Shown here: positions 29,238-38,488 of the stretch, piece after piece | Layout of the letters: the number at the start of each line of letters is the position of its first letter | Numbering within the stretch: position 1 is the first letter of the stretch | Origin: a virus | DNA: 64,000 nt | Virus record (IMG/VR): IMGVR_UViG_3300032304_002326 | Span: 14,588-78,587 of that record | Reading direction: 5' to 3' (one strand) | Translations under genes and position numbers: made by a program | Notes under the pieces: generated by a model | Databases searched by the model: none | What the model was told of the DNA's origin: nothing | Seen by the model: only the letters and a program-made list of their open reading frames with translations

Positions 29238-29939
29238 TTAATCTAATAAAAATTTATCTAAACCATCGATTAATGTATTTTTTTTATTTTCTACTGATTC
29301 AACAAATGGTCTAGCTTCCATTTTATCTTTAAACATCCATGAACCAGGTGTGCTAGGTGCGGTTACAACATCCCAACAAATAATTTCAAAATCCTCTTGA
29401 ACTATGTGGTCATCACCAACTTCCCTTAATGAACCAACACCTCTAGATGATACACCAATCATAATATTATTTCTTAAAAGATTGGCAACTTCATCACCTT
29501 TAGTTGATACAATTCCATAATTAATATATCCTGGAGTCATTAATATTTCCATTTTACCCATTAATGTTTTACCTTCCCACCAAGTTTCAATTATATTGTG
29601 TGATACTCTATCACCAGCAATAATTGAAGACTCTGGGTGGTCTAATTCACCAATAGCTCTTCTTTCTCTAATTAATTCTTGATATCTATCAACTTCTCTT
29701 TTTAAAATAGATTCTGGGTATATTCTACCATTTCTATTTTTTACACCATATTTCTGTAAGACTACATAAACCACTAATGGTTCGTGAACTGATGGATGTA
29801 TACCAGATTCTAATTTTTTCATCTCAGTTACGAATGGTTTATTTCTTTTATCATCTGGTGAAATATAACCAGCATCAGATTCAATCATAATCATTCTTTC
29901 ACCAGTAATATTGGTTTTATTTATCTTGTAATCACTCAT
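29238..29939 (-). CDS. Prohead protease, T4 gp21-like
   Basis: 'KNRNGRIYP', 'GELDHP', 'VSH', 'GVSSRGVGSL', 'WDVVTAPSTPGS'. Confidence 0.93.
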   Translation of the reverse strand: MSDYKINKTNITGERMIMIESDAGYISPDDKRNKPFVTEMKKLESGIHPSVHEPLVVYVVLQKYGVKNRNGRIYPESILKREVDRYQELIRERRAIGELDHPESSIIAGDRVSHNIIETWWEGKTLMGKMEILMTPGYINYGIVSTKGDEVANLLRNNIMIGVSSRGVGSLREVGDDHIVQEDFEIICWDVVTAPSTPGSWMFKDKMEARPFVESVENKKNTLIDGLDKFLLD

Positions 29940-29940
29940 A

Positions 29941-30201
29941 TCAATTAATTTTTACCCATTTATAATTATAGTATGTCCTATTTTCTTTGTTACAAACATT
30001 AGATATACTACTTTGTTTTATTTTTAAAGTATTACTGTATTTAGATTTTCTAATATGTTCTTTAAACCTTACATCAATATTATTTGATTTACCAATATAT
30101 CTAACTAAATTGGTTAATGGGTCAACTAACATATAAATGTAAACTACATTTAATTTATTTTCCACACTTTGACCAGCCTTTAATATTTTAATATCTGACA
30201 T
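29941..30201 (-). pseudogene. Internally deleted GIY-YIG endonuclease remnant fused to probable old protease start
   Basis: 'VYIYML...VRYIGKS' joined to NUMOD1-like 'SSISNVC...YKW' in only 86 aa; N-terminus MSDIKILK resembles protease MSDYKINK. Confidence 0.6.
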
Positions 30202-30242
30202 ATTGTTTTTTTATTAATAAATATATCATATAAAACAAAAAA

Positions 30243-30260
30243 CCCCGAACTAATTCGGGG
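30243..30260 (-). terminator. Intrinsic terminator
   Basis: CCCCGAA-CTAA-TTCGGGG with T run on minus strand. Confidence 0.7.
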
Positions 30261-30265
30261 CTTAC

Positions 30266-30709
30266 TTATTTTTTACTTTTATGAAATTCAAAGTGTGATG
30301 AATTGTCAAATACCTTTAATATTATATCTCCAGTTATTTCTTTAATGCAATCCTTTATTTTTTTATCTTGTATTTTAAAATTATTAAGTTTGAATAATGT
30401 AATCTCACAATTCATATAACTCTTTTTATCAAAAGATATTCCAGAGTTTCGCATATCTAAATCAACTATTGTTCTATTGATATCAAATAATGTACTATCC
30501 AAGTTATCAAATAGTGTTGTTTTAATTTGTTTATTCATTTTTCTGATAATATCAGAATAGTTAATATCTCCATCAACAATTGGTTTACCCCATGCTGATA
30601 TTGTTAAGTACATTGATTTTGGATTTTTATTGTCTATTGTTCCAGTAACAATTTTATAATTCTTAAATAAATCTAATTTCATTTGTTTTCCCGTTTTAAG
30701 CATACCCAT
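30266..30709 (-). CDS. Hypothetical protein, head module
   Basis: ORF. Confidence 0.65.
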   Translation of the reverse strand: MGMLKTGKQMKLDLFKNYKIVTGTIDNKNPKSMYLTISAWGKPIVDGDINYSDIIRKMNKQIKTTLFDNLDSTLFDINRTIVDLDMRNSGISFDKKSYMNCEITLFKLNNFKIQDKKIKDCIKEITGDIILKVFDNSSHFEFHKSKK

Positions 30710-30746
30710 ATTTTTTATTTAAGTATACTCAAAATATTTCAATTAG

Positions 30747-31142
30747 TCAAGACCTATTAACTCTACCGATGAACACTAAACCATTAATTTCTGGGAAATA
30801 TTTACCCTTCCAAGTTACCTTAAGATTCTTACCATCTTTCTTAATTAATTCTGATGTAAATGAATCAAATTTATTATCATTTTTTTTAATTCTATCAACA
30901 TTATTTAAGACTTTATTTAAATCATATTTAGGTATAATATTTTCCCAACCTAAACCAATACAGTGTTGTTCACTAAATCCAGTAACTAACTCCCAGTCAC
31001 CATTAGCGGCAACAAATTTATCAGTTATACTAGATTCAATAAATCGAATAACATAATCATTATGTTTTTCTGACAATCTATCAACCATCTCAAGTTGTTT
31101 TAGTTCTAATTTGGCGATAGTAAGTTGTAATGTAGTAGTCAT
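30747..31142 (-). CDS. Stand-alone PAS-domain protein
   Basis: 'FVAANGDWELVTGFSEQHCIGLGWENIIP', 'ELIKKDGK.LKVTW'. Confidence 0.7.
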   Translation of the reverse strand: MTTTLQLTIAKLELKQLEMVDRLSEKHNDYVIRFIESSITDKFVAANGDWELVTGFSEQHCIGLGWENIIPKYDLNKVLNNVDRIKKNDNKFDSFTSELIKKDGKNLKVTWKGKYFPEINGLVFIGRVNRS

Positions 31143-31154
31143 AACATTATTATT

Positions 31155-31463
31155 TTATTTATTATTGTTATTAGAACAGTTATTAGATAATTCAGCTATT
31201 TTATCATTAATATGATTAATGATTGTTTCAATAACTTCTTTATTATTTTCCTCGTTTGTCTTAATAACATCTTGCAAACCTTTAGATGCGTCATTCAATA
31301 AGGGTAACATTTCTTTTAGTTCTTTAATTCTATTTTCTTGTTCAATCTCTAATTTATTAATAATACCTTTTTTTTCGTTTTGTATACTTTGCAACCAAAG
31401 CCACATCACGTAAAAAGTAACGCCAGCACTACCAAATATCTGAACCAATGAATTCATTTCCAT
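31155..31463 (-). CDS. Single-TM coiled-coil protein (BhlA/UviB holin-like)
   Basis: N-terminal hydrophobic 'LVQIFGSAGVTFYVMWLWL' then coiled coil. Confidence 0.4.
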   Translation of the reverse strand: MEMNSLVQIFGSAGVTFYVMWLWLQSIQNEKKGIINKLEIEQENRIKELKEMLPLLNDASKGLQDVIKTNEENNKEVIETIINHINDKIAELSNNCSNNNNK

Positions 31464-31464
31464 A

Positions 31465-32241
31465 TTAATTATCCGTTAAAGTATTTTTTAATTCTAAAAC
31501 TTTTGAGACATCATTTAAAAATGTTTCTACATTGTATTCTTTTTCTAATAATGTTTCTTTTGTTGCTAATAACTTTTCTTTAATATTACCAGATGATTCT
31601 GAAAGTCTTTTGTTAATTAAATCTAAACATTCTCTAACGCTTTTTTTATATAAACCCTCTTGCTCAGTACCATTAGAACCAATAACAACTGAAATTAATT
31701 CTTTTTCTGATTCATTTAATTCAGAATATTCTTCATTGAATTTATTAACAGCTATTTCAGATAATACACTATTCGGTAATCCATAACCACCATCAATAGA
31801 TTCCACTTTTTTATTGTTTAATATGTAATCAACGATTTCATTCTTAGCCTCAACAATCACATCAATTGTTCTTGTTGATTTTTTAGTTAAAATTAATGTA
31901 TTAATATTTTCATATAATTTGGATTTTAATCCATTATCATATGACAAACTCTCGTTAATAATAGGTCCAGCTAATTTTTCATTAGCTTCTTTAATTTCTT
32001 TTTTTGTGAATTTATCTAATAGTGATATACACTCATTAACATATTCAATAGCTTTAAATTTATCAGACTCAATTTTATTCTCAATATTATAATAAACATC
32101 GAATTGAGTTTTTAAAACCGCACTCTCTTTTACTGTCTTAATATACTTCTTAAATGCAACTTTTTCTTTGCTACTATTTTTAGAAATGCCCTCAGCTAAT
32201 AGGGTGTTGTATGTATATTTTATCTTACCAAAATTATCCAT
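31465..32241 (-). CDS. Helical head-module protein (possible prohead core component)
   Basis: After portal; LAE/VKE/INE/LNE/LSE sites; ATATTTAT upstream. Confidence 0.5.
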   Translation of the reverse strand: MDNFGKIKYTYNTLLAEGISKNSSKEKVAFKKYIKTVKESAVLKTQFDVYYNIENKIESDKFKAIEYVNECISLLDKFTKKEIKEANEKLAGPIINESLSYDNGLKSKLYENINTLILTKKSTRTIDVIVEAKNEIVDYILNNKKVESIDGGYGLPNSVLSEIAVNKFNEEYSELNESEKELISVVIGSNGTEQEGLYKKSVRECLDLINKRLSESSGNIKEKLLATKETLLEKEYNVETFLNDVSKVLELKNTLTDN

Positions 32242-32283
32242 AGTATTTTTTAATATAAATATAATAAATTAGGTCAAAAAGTC

Positions 32284-34329
32284 TTATTCATCCAACATTC
32301 TATCAATGTCTTTGATAACACTATTAATATCCTCATTTATTTTTAAACTTTTATCATAAACTTTAACTCTCTCATTTAATACAATATCATCTTCTTTACT
32401 AATTGAACCAACTAAGTTGTTAAAAAGTTTATCACTCGGTTTTTTATTTTTAGGTTTAACCTTACCTTTATCATCACGCTCAATTAGTAAATTACCTTTT
32501 CTTTTTCTAGATTCAGCCATTGGTTCTGGGGCTTCAGCAGCAGCCTCAGGTGCAGCAGCTTCACCACCTTCAGGTGCGGCCTCACCACCCACCTCTTCTG
32601 GAGTAGCTTCACCACCAGCTTCTTCTGGTGCCTCACCACCTTCTTCACCACCAAAGTCTAAACCACCGCCGCCGAAGCCACCGCCGCCTCCACCACCAGT
32701 TGGTCCACCACCTTCATCAGCACCTTCTTCACCACCCTCAGCACCAGACATTGCGGCATCCATATCACCATATATTGAATCAACTTTATCAAACGTACCA
32801 GTATGTTTAATAACCTGACCAGTATTCTCAAGTTCAGCTGCTGCTGCTTTTTCAATTCTTTGTTCAAGTAAATCTTGTTTGATTTCATCATCACTCCAAC
32901 CAAGTATTTCTCTATGTGCTCTAGTCATAGACATTGGTGCAAACCCATTACCAGCATCAGATACAGCATCTTTATATAATGTCATCTTCATCTGTAATTG
33001 CTCAATTTTAAGTATTTCAGCTTGTGTTGATGGATTGTTAAGTGTTAGTGTAAAATTATCTAAATCATCTTCAAACCCTAAAAGGTATAAATGGATAATT
33101 GCAATTTTATTTAATTCAGCCAACATAGCTTGTTGGATTCTATTTATTGTTCTAGAAAATCTAACATCTTGTAATGATAAATTTTTACCTTCACCTTGAG
33201 CTTCATCGTAATTTAAGAATTGTTTAGGAACCCTTAGTGCGGTAAATAATTTTCTTTGTAGATATTGTATATCAGCAATTTGGTCTAAGTTAGAAGCACC
33301 AGCTAATGTATCAATAGGATTCGGAGCATTTTCATCTCTTACTGGAATAAAATAATCCTGGTCATTCGATAATGTATTATATCTTAAATCCACTTGACCA
33401 GTTTGTGGGTCAACAATTGGTGTTCTTTTAAATCTATTGGCAATCTCATCAACGTATGCTGGTACATCTTCCTCGTCAATATTACCAACAAATATTTTAT
33501 ATACTCTCCTTTCTGGTGCTCTAGTTACACGATAAACTAACATAGCATCTTCAGATAATTGTAATTGTTTCCAAATTCTTCTAGCTTTTTCAAGCATTGA
33601 AGTACCATAAGGTAATCTTCTATCATCACCAAGTAATCTAAAATGTGCAATTTGCCAAGAATTAAACTCAACATCTCTACCTCTCCAGAAGAATTTAACT
33701 TTACCAGTAGTTTCCTTAACATCTTCAACATTAATTCTATTTCTACCACTAATTAAAGTATCAATAATATCACCTTCACGTCTTTCAATCTCAAAGTTTG
33801 GTAATTGTCTACCACCAGTAATCCCATGTTTATCATCGATATTTAATAATACAAAGTTATCACCGTATTTACATGTATTTCTAGTCCACATAGGTAAAGA
33901 AACGTGAATATCTAACCTATTAAAAAATAAATCTTCTAAAACACCTTTAATTCTATTACTATCAGAATATACATTTAATATTTTACCTTTATCATTTGTT
34001 GTTGTAGCTTCTTCCATCATTACATCTAATGCAGCTGCAATTTCTGGGTAAAACTCCATACTCTCAAAATCAGTATATGAACCAATCCTAGTTGTTTCAT
34101 AATGTATTGATTGTTGAAATAATTCACCATCAACTTTTCTCCAAACATTTCTTAAATATTTGTTTTGTTGATTTTGCAATTTAACAGAATCAAATTCTTC
34201 TTTAGATTGTGTCTTTATTAATACATCATTATTTATTGAATACTTATTAGACTGTTGCTGAGGTTGTTGTTTAATACCATCTGGCCCAAGTATGACGTTC
34301 AATCTTTGAAATATAGTTCTTTTTGCCAT
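32284..34329 (-). CDS. Portal protein, T4 gp20-like, with G/E-rich C-terminal extension
   Basis: 'PEIAAALD', 'EDAMLVYRVTRAPERRVY', 'DYFIP', 'IDTLAG', 'LFTALRVP'. Confidence 0.93.
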   Translation of the reverse strand: MAKRTIFQRLNVILGPDGIKQQPQQQSNKYSINNDVLIKTQSKEEFDSVKLQNQQNKYLRNVWRKVDGELFQQSIHYETTRIGSYTDFESMEFYPEIAAALDVMMEEATTTNDKGKILNVYSDSNRIKGVLEDLFFNRLDIHVSLPMWTRNTCKYGDNFVLLNIDDKHGITGGRQLPNFEIERREGDIIDTLISGRNRINVEDVKETTGKVKFFWRGRDVEFNSWQIAHFRLLGDDRRLPYGTSMLEKARRIWKQLQLSEDAMLVYRVTRAPERRVYKIFVGNIDEEDVPAYVDEIANRFKRTPIVDPQTGQVDLRYNTLSNDQDYFIPVRDENAPNPIDTLAGASNLDQIADIQYLQRKLFTALRVPKQFLNYDEAQGEGKNLSLQDVRFSRTINRIQQAMLAELNKIAIIHLYLLGFEDDLDNFTLTLNNPSTQAEILKIEQLQMKMTLYKDAVSDAGNGFAPMSMTRAHREILGWSDDEIKQDLLEQRIEKAAAAELENTGQVIKHTGTFDKVDSIYGDMDAAMSGAEGGEEGADEGGGPTGGGGGGGFGGGGLDFGGEEGGEAPEEAGGEATPEEVGGEAAPEGGEAAAPEAAAEAPEPMAESRKRKGNLLIERDDKGKVKPKNKKPSDKLFNNLVGSISKEDDIVLNERVKVYDKSLKINEDINSVIKDIDRMLDE

Positions 34330-34379
34330 AATTAATTTATTTTATATAATTATAATGAAATAAGATTAAAATTAAATGC

Positions 34380-34649
34380 TTATTGCACATAATCACACTC
34401 CACATAAGCTAAATGTTCCATTACACCATTTACAACTAGTAAATTATATACGTATCCAGTTATATTATCATAACCTTGTGAACCTTTTTTAGCATTACAG
34501 AATGGTTTTGGTATACCACCTTTAGCCAGGTTACCCCCAGATTGTTTATCTATTGATGTATCAACACAAAATCGATAAATCTGAGTTGGGTTTTTCCCAA
34601 AATTAGTATTTCTAGTAAAACATCTTTTGTTAATTCTATCTTTACCCAT
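34380..34649 (-). CDS. Small Cys-containing hypothetical protein
   Basis: ORF between terminase and portal. Confidence 0.55.
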   Translation of the reverse strand: MGKDRINKRCFTRNTNFGKNPTQIYRFCVDTSIDKQSGGNLAKGGIPKPFCNAKKGSQGYDNITGYVYNLLVVNGVMEHLAYVECDYVQ

Positions 34650-34658
34650 TACGTTTAT

Positions 34659-36413
34659 TTATTTTAATCCGCTAAACAACCATAAAAATTCACCTTTTGG
34701 GTCTTGCATATTTTTAGCAATACTTGAGTTAAAGTTTGGTTTCCCAGTTGTTTGTTTATTTCTTTTATTTTTTGGTACAAAACCAGTACTATAAACTTCA
34801 TCAGTTGTTTTATTTGAAGTTCCAACTTGCCAAGATGATAATATTGCTTTTGTTTGTTTCTCTAATTTTTTTAATTTTTTAAATGAAGATTCCAATATCC
34901 ATAATGCCATACCCAATGATATTAAACAATCATCATTGTAACCTTCCATATGGTCAGGTCTACCATTTTTATAGATAAAAGTTTTCATTTCATTAATTAC
35001 ACGTTTAGATTTAATCTTTATAGTATTAGTTCTAACTGCAATTTCTAAATGAGATATTAGTTGCAACCTAACACCATTAATGTTAAATCCAGCAACCTTT
35101 TTACCATTTTCAGTTTTAACTGAATCATAGTGCAAGTTTGGGTATTTAATTTCAACTAGTTTTGATGTTGTAGTATTACCAACACCAACATTATCAACTA
35201 CTAGATATGCTGAATATTTTGTGCCATAAACATTAAGTATTTCAGCAAAAGTATCTGGTGGTATTTTACCTTGAAATTCAACAACTTGTTCCATTGTTGT
35301 AAAATCAATAATTTGAAAACAAGAAAAATCGGCACCATCCCCACGAGCAACATCCGCTGCCAATATGTATTGGTGGTCTTCTTCTGGTTCATTCCAAATC
35401 CAAACTAAACCACTATTCCCATCATAATAAGTGTCATCGATAAATTTTGGTTTCACAACATTTTGGGTATCATGCATATTGATATATTCATCATCAATTA
35501 CATTACCCCCAGAACCAAGGAATGATACATCTAACTCTTGAGAAATTCGCTTTTTATCGTTATTCATACCCTTACACATATCCCTATACCAAGTTGAAGT
35601 TGGTTTATAACCTTTTTTTACCATATCATCAAAAGATTCTAGTGTAAATTCAAATTCAGTTACGATTTCATCACCCTTTAACCATTGTAAATCTTTATTA
35701 TATCTAGGGTCTTGATACCATTTTAACTCAATTACATTATAATCATTATCACCTTTTTCAGATTGTTCATATGTTTTATAATATAATGGGTCATAACCAT
35801 TCGGTGTTGAAATTAATATAGCACCACCCCCAGTACCTAAAGATGTAATGGCAGCAGAATATAATTCAGCACCATTTACAATAAAGGCCGCCTCATCAAA
35901 AATAAGTAATGTTGGGGTATATCCACGAAGTGCATCCGTTGATGTTGCCACAGCGATGATTTTACTACCATTTGGTAACTCAATCTCAATTTGTGAATCC
36001 TTAATGAATATTGATTTTTTTTCTTTTTCTTGAGTACCATAATAATCTGGCCCCCAAACCCATCTTGGTAATTGTGAACAATAATCCTTAATACCTTTAG
36101 CAAACTTTTTAGCCAAGTTTAACTTATTGGCAATAACAATTATTGTTTCTGGGTTTTTTGAATCAGCAAATGCACATTTAACTGCACTGTATGCTTGTGT
36201 AGTTGTTGATATACCAGCTTGCCTTGGTTTTGTTACTAAATTGAAACGGTGACGTTGATAACAATCAACAATATATTTTTGTCTAACAAATAAATTAAAT
36301 GGTACAAACCCTTCTTGAGTTTTATCAAATGTTGATAAATAGCTTTCTATTGCGTACTTTGGGTCAATCACACATTTTGCATATTCATTTAATATTTCAC
36401 TACTTGTTAACAT
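34659..36413 (-). CDS. Terminase large subunit, T4 gp17-like
   Basis: 'KPRQAGIST', 'LIFDEAAF', 'ISTPNG', 'ADVARGDGADFS', 'GYNDD'. Confidence 0.95.
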   Translation of the reverse strand: MLTSSEILNEYAKCVIDPKYAIESYLSTFDKTQEGFVPFNLFVRQKYIVDCYQRHRFNLVTKPRQAGISTTTQAYSAVKCAFADSKNPETIIVIANKLNLAKKFAKGIKDYCSQLPRWVWGPDYYGTQEKEKKSIFIKDSQIEIELPNGSKIIAVATSTDALRGYTPTLLIFDEAAFIVNGAELYSAAITSLGTGGGAILISTPNGYDPLYYKTYEQSEKGDNDYNVIELKWYQDPRYNKDLQWLKGDEIVTEFEFTLESFDDMVKKGYKPTSTWYRDMCKGMNNDKKRISQELDVSFLGSGGNVIDDEYINMHDTQNVVKPKFIDDTYYDGNSGLVWIWNEPEEDHQYILAADVARGDGADFSCFQIIDFTTMEQVVEFQGKIPPDTFAEILNVYGTKYSAYLVVDNVGVGNTTTSKLVEIKYPNLHYDSVKTENGKKVAGFNINGVRLQLISHLEIAVRTNTIKIKSKRVINEMKTFIYKNGRPDHMEGYNDDCLISLGMALWILESSFKKLKKLEKQTKAILSSWQVGTSNKTTDEVYSTGFVPKNKRNKQTTGKPNFNSSIAKNMQDPKGEFLWLFSGLK

Positions 36414-36482
36414 AGTTTTTTATTAATAAATATGTGAAAAGGTACAAAAACAAAAAAGGTGACTTTCGCCACCCCTTTTAAG

Positions 36483-37655
36483 TTAGAATAAATCTTCTAT
36501 CTCAAATAAATCATCACCCATCGATTCATTATATTCATCTTCCTTTATTTCTCGTTTTATTTCCTTCAATAGTTCACCAATCAGTTCTTTACCTCTTTTA
36601 GTTCCACCCATAATTTCTTTCATTGTGTGTGCATATTCTTTAGGTTCCAATTGAGATATATCTGAATATATATGGTGTTTTAAATTAAAATCTTCTGCTG
36701 GTATCATAGAACAGAATCTACCCCATATTGCTGGACCGATTCTCATGTCCCAAGGTTCAGCTTGTACAAAATCTGATTTATTAATAACGTACTCAGCAAT
36801 ATTCTCTTTAGTTGGTAAACCATTTGCTGATAATATTTCCATACAACCCTTAACTAACTCATGTAATAATACTGGGAAAACCATTGCTTTTGCAGTTAAT
36901 GTAGTTGGTTTCTTTTTTTCTTTTGAACCAAATTCAACTTCACATTTACCAGCATTTTGAGATGCATCTAATTCAGGTGTTACATAATACATGTAATCAG
37001 CCGCAGTCATCATTTTTTTATAATTATTAATTAACTTAGGATTCATTTCAGTTAATTCTTTGTCAGCTAAATGGTACATATGATTTACTTTTTTAGCTGC
37101 ACCTTGATTCATTGCATTTGCAAATCTCCTTTTATACACACTATCATTCGCATATTCCATTTCATTATGGTCATCGAATTCTGTAATTGTATCTGATGGT
37201 GGTGTCATATTAGTATTTTCGGAGTCAATATACGGTGTCAATTCAACATCGATAATCACATTATCTGGTATATCAAATTCTTCCTTAATCATTTTAACAG
37301 CCAATTCTTGTAGTGATTTTCTATGGGCACTTTCAAGTTCCATAGTACCCTTAACTAATGGCATCATTTCCATCATTAAGGACATTGTATCAATTTCATC
37401 AACATTAAATGCTTTCTTAACTTCATTAACAACTTCTTTAAAACGCTCAGAAACAACTTGTGTTGCAAAATTTCTCTCATTGCCAACTGGGAAACAAGGT
37501 GAATCTCCTAAAGATGTTTTATTATTTAATAAATCCTCTTCAAGTTTCGGATGCATTCTTTCCTTTAAATCTTCTGGGTAAATAAGACTTTCAGCTAGTA
37601 AATTTCTTCTTGACATACCCAATGCGTGTTGTATTGTACTTTTATAGTTACTCAT
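36483..37655 (-). CDS. Hypothetical late protein
   Basis: ORF with 'LLAES', 'FPVLLHELVKG'. Confidence 0.65.
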   Translation of the reverse strand: MSNYKSTIQHALGMSRRNLLAESLIYPEDLKERMHPKLEEDLLNNKTSLGDSPCFPVGNERNFATQVVSERFKEVVNEVKKAFNVDEIDTMSLMMEMMPLVKGTMELESAHRKSLQELAVKMIKEEFDIPDNVIIDVELTPYIDSENTNMTPPSDTITEFDDHNEMEYANDSVYKRRFANAMNQGAAKKVNHMYHLADKELTEMNPKLINNYKKMMTAADYMYYVTPELDASQNAGKCEVEFGSKEKKKPTTLTAKAMVFPVLLHELVKGCMEILSANGLPTKENIAEYVINKSDFVQAEPWDMRIGPAIWGRFCSMIPAEDFNLKHHIYSDISQLEPKEYAHTMKEIMGGTKRGKELIGELLKEIKREIKEDEYNESMGDDLFEIEDLF

Positions 37656-38083
37656 TATTTTAAATCTTTAACTTTAATTGTTTTTATAACTTTTCTTTTT
37701 CTTTTAATTGATTCTTCAAGACTATTTAAATCATTTAAAAACTTTTGCTGTTCTTCATAATCATCAGCACCAACCTCAATATCTTGACCAGTTGGAATAT
37801 CACCAAAATCTTCACCACCAGGGTAATCATTTTCACTTAACTTTAAAAATGCACTCATTTCCCCATCTCTAATATCTTTATTTATTTTACCAACTTCTTT
37901 ATTTAACTTATCAACCGCTATTTTAGATTTTTCAATATCTTCAGGTTTTGGTAAATTAACTTTATTGTTATTATTTTGCGTACTTGTAGTATTACTAGTA
38001 TTTGTTGATGTAGTATTACTAGTATTTGTGTTAGCCGTTGCATTAGCCACAGCTTCAAGTATTGTACTTTTCTTAATTCTCAT
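37655..38083 (-). CDS. Hypothetical protein with T/N/S repeat (probable head-internal)
   Basis: 'ILEA', 'NTSNTTST' x2, 'LSEN', 'LEES'. Confidence 0.55.
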   Translation of the reverse strand: MRIKKSTILEAVANATANTNTSNTTSTNTSNTTSTQNNNNKVNLPKPEDIEKSKIAVDKLNKEVGKINKDIRDGEMSAFLKLSENDYPGGEDFGDIPTGQDIEVGADDYEEQQKFLNDLNSLEESIKRKRKVIKTIKVKDLK

Positions 38084-38084
38084 A

Positions 38085-38483
38085 TCATTTAAGTTTTTTA
38101 TCTTTGTTATATTCTAAAACTAAATCACGTTCATATAGTTTATCATTAACTTCATTAATATCCAAACCAAATGAAAACCAAAGTCTAGTTTCTGGGTATT
38201 CATCATAACCATCAATATCTTCCCAACCTAAAGCAACTATACCATCAACAGCATCCCAAACAGCAAATGTATCACTATCTTGAACTAAATTAAATTTAAT
38301 ATCAGTAGTTAATTTACCAACTTGTTTAACAAATTCAGAATTAGGTGCTTCTGGTCTACCAGATGCTGGAACAGCATCCCAATCCTCACCATCAATACCT
38401 TCTATTGTATTCGAGAAAAGGAACTCATAAATGTGGTACCCTTCCCAATCTTTACCAACTTTATTAATATAAATTAATTTCAT
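38085..38483 (-). CDS. Hypothetical protein
   Basis: ORF in operon. Confidence 0.65.
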   Translation of the reverse strand: MKLIYINKVGKDWEGYHIYEFLFSNTIEGIDGEDWDAVPASGRPEAPNSEFVKQVGKLTTDIKFNLVQDSDTFAVWDAVDGIVALGWEDIDGYDEYPETRLWFSFGLDINEVNDKLYERDLVLEYNKDKKLK

Positions 38484-38488
38484 TTATT

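Noticed and set aside
32417-32903. GC-rich island with alternative ORFs (Pro/Ser- and His-rich)
   Set aside because: Shadows of the Gly/Glu-rich portal tail.
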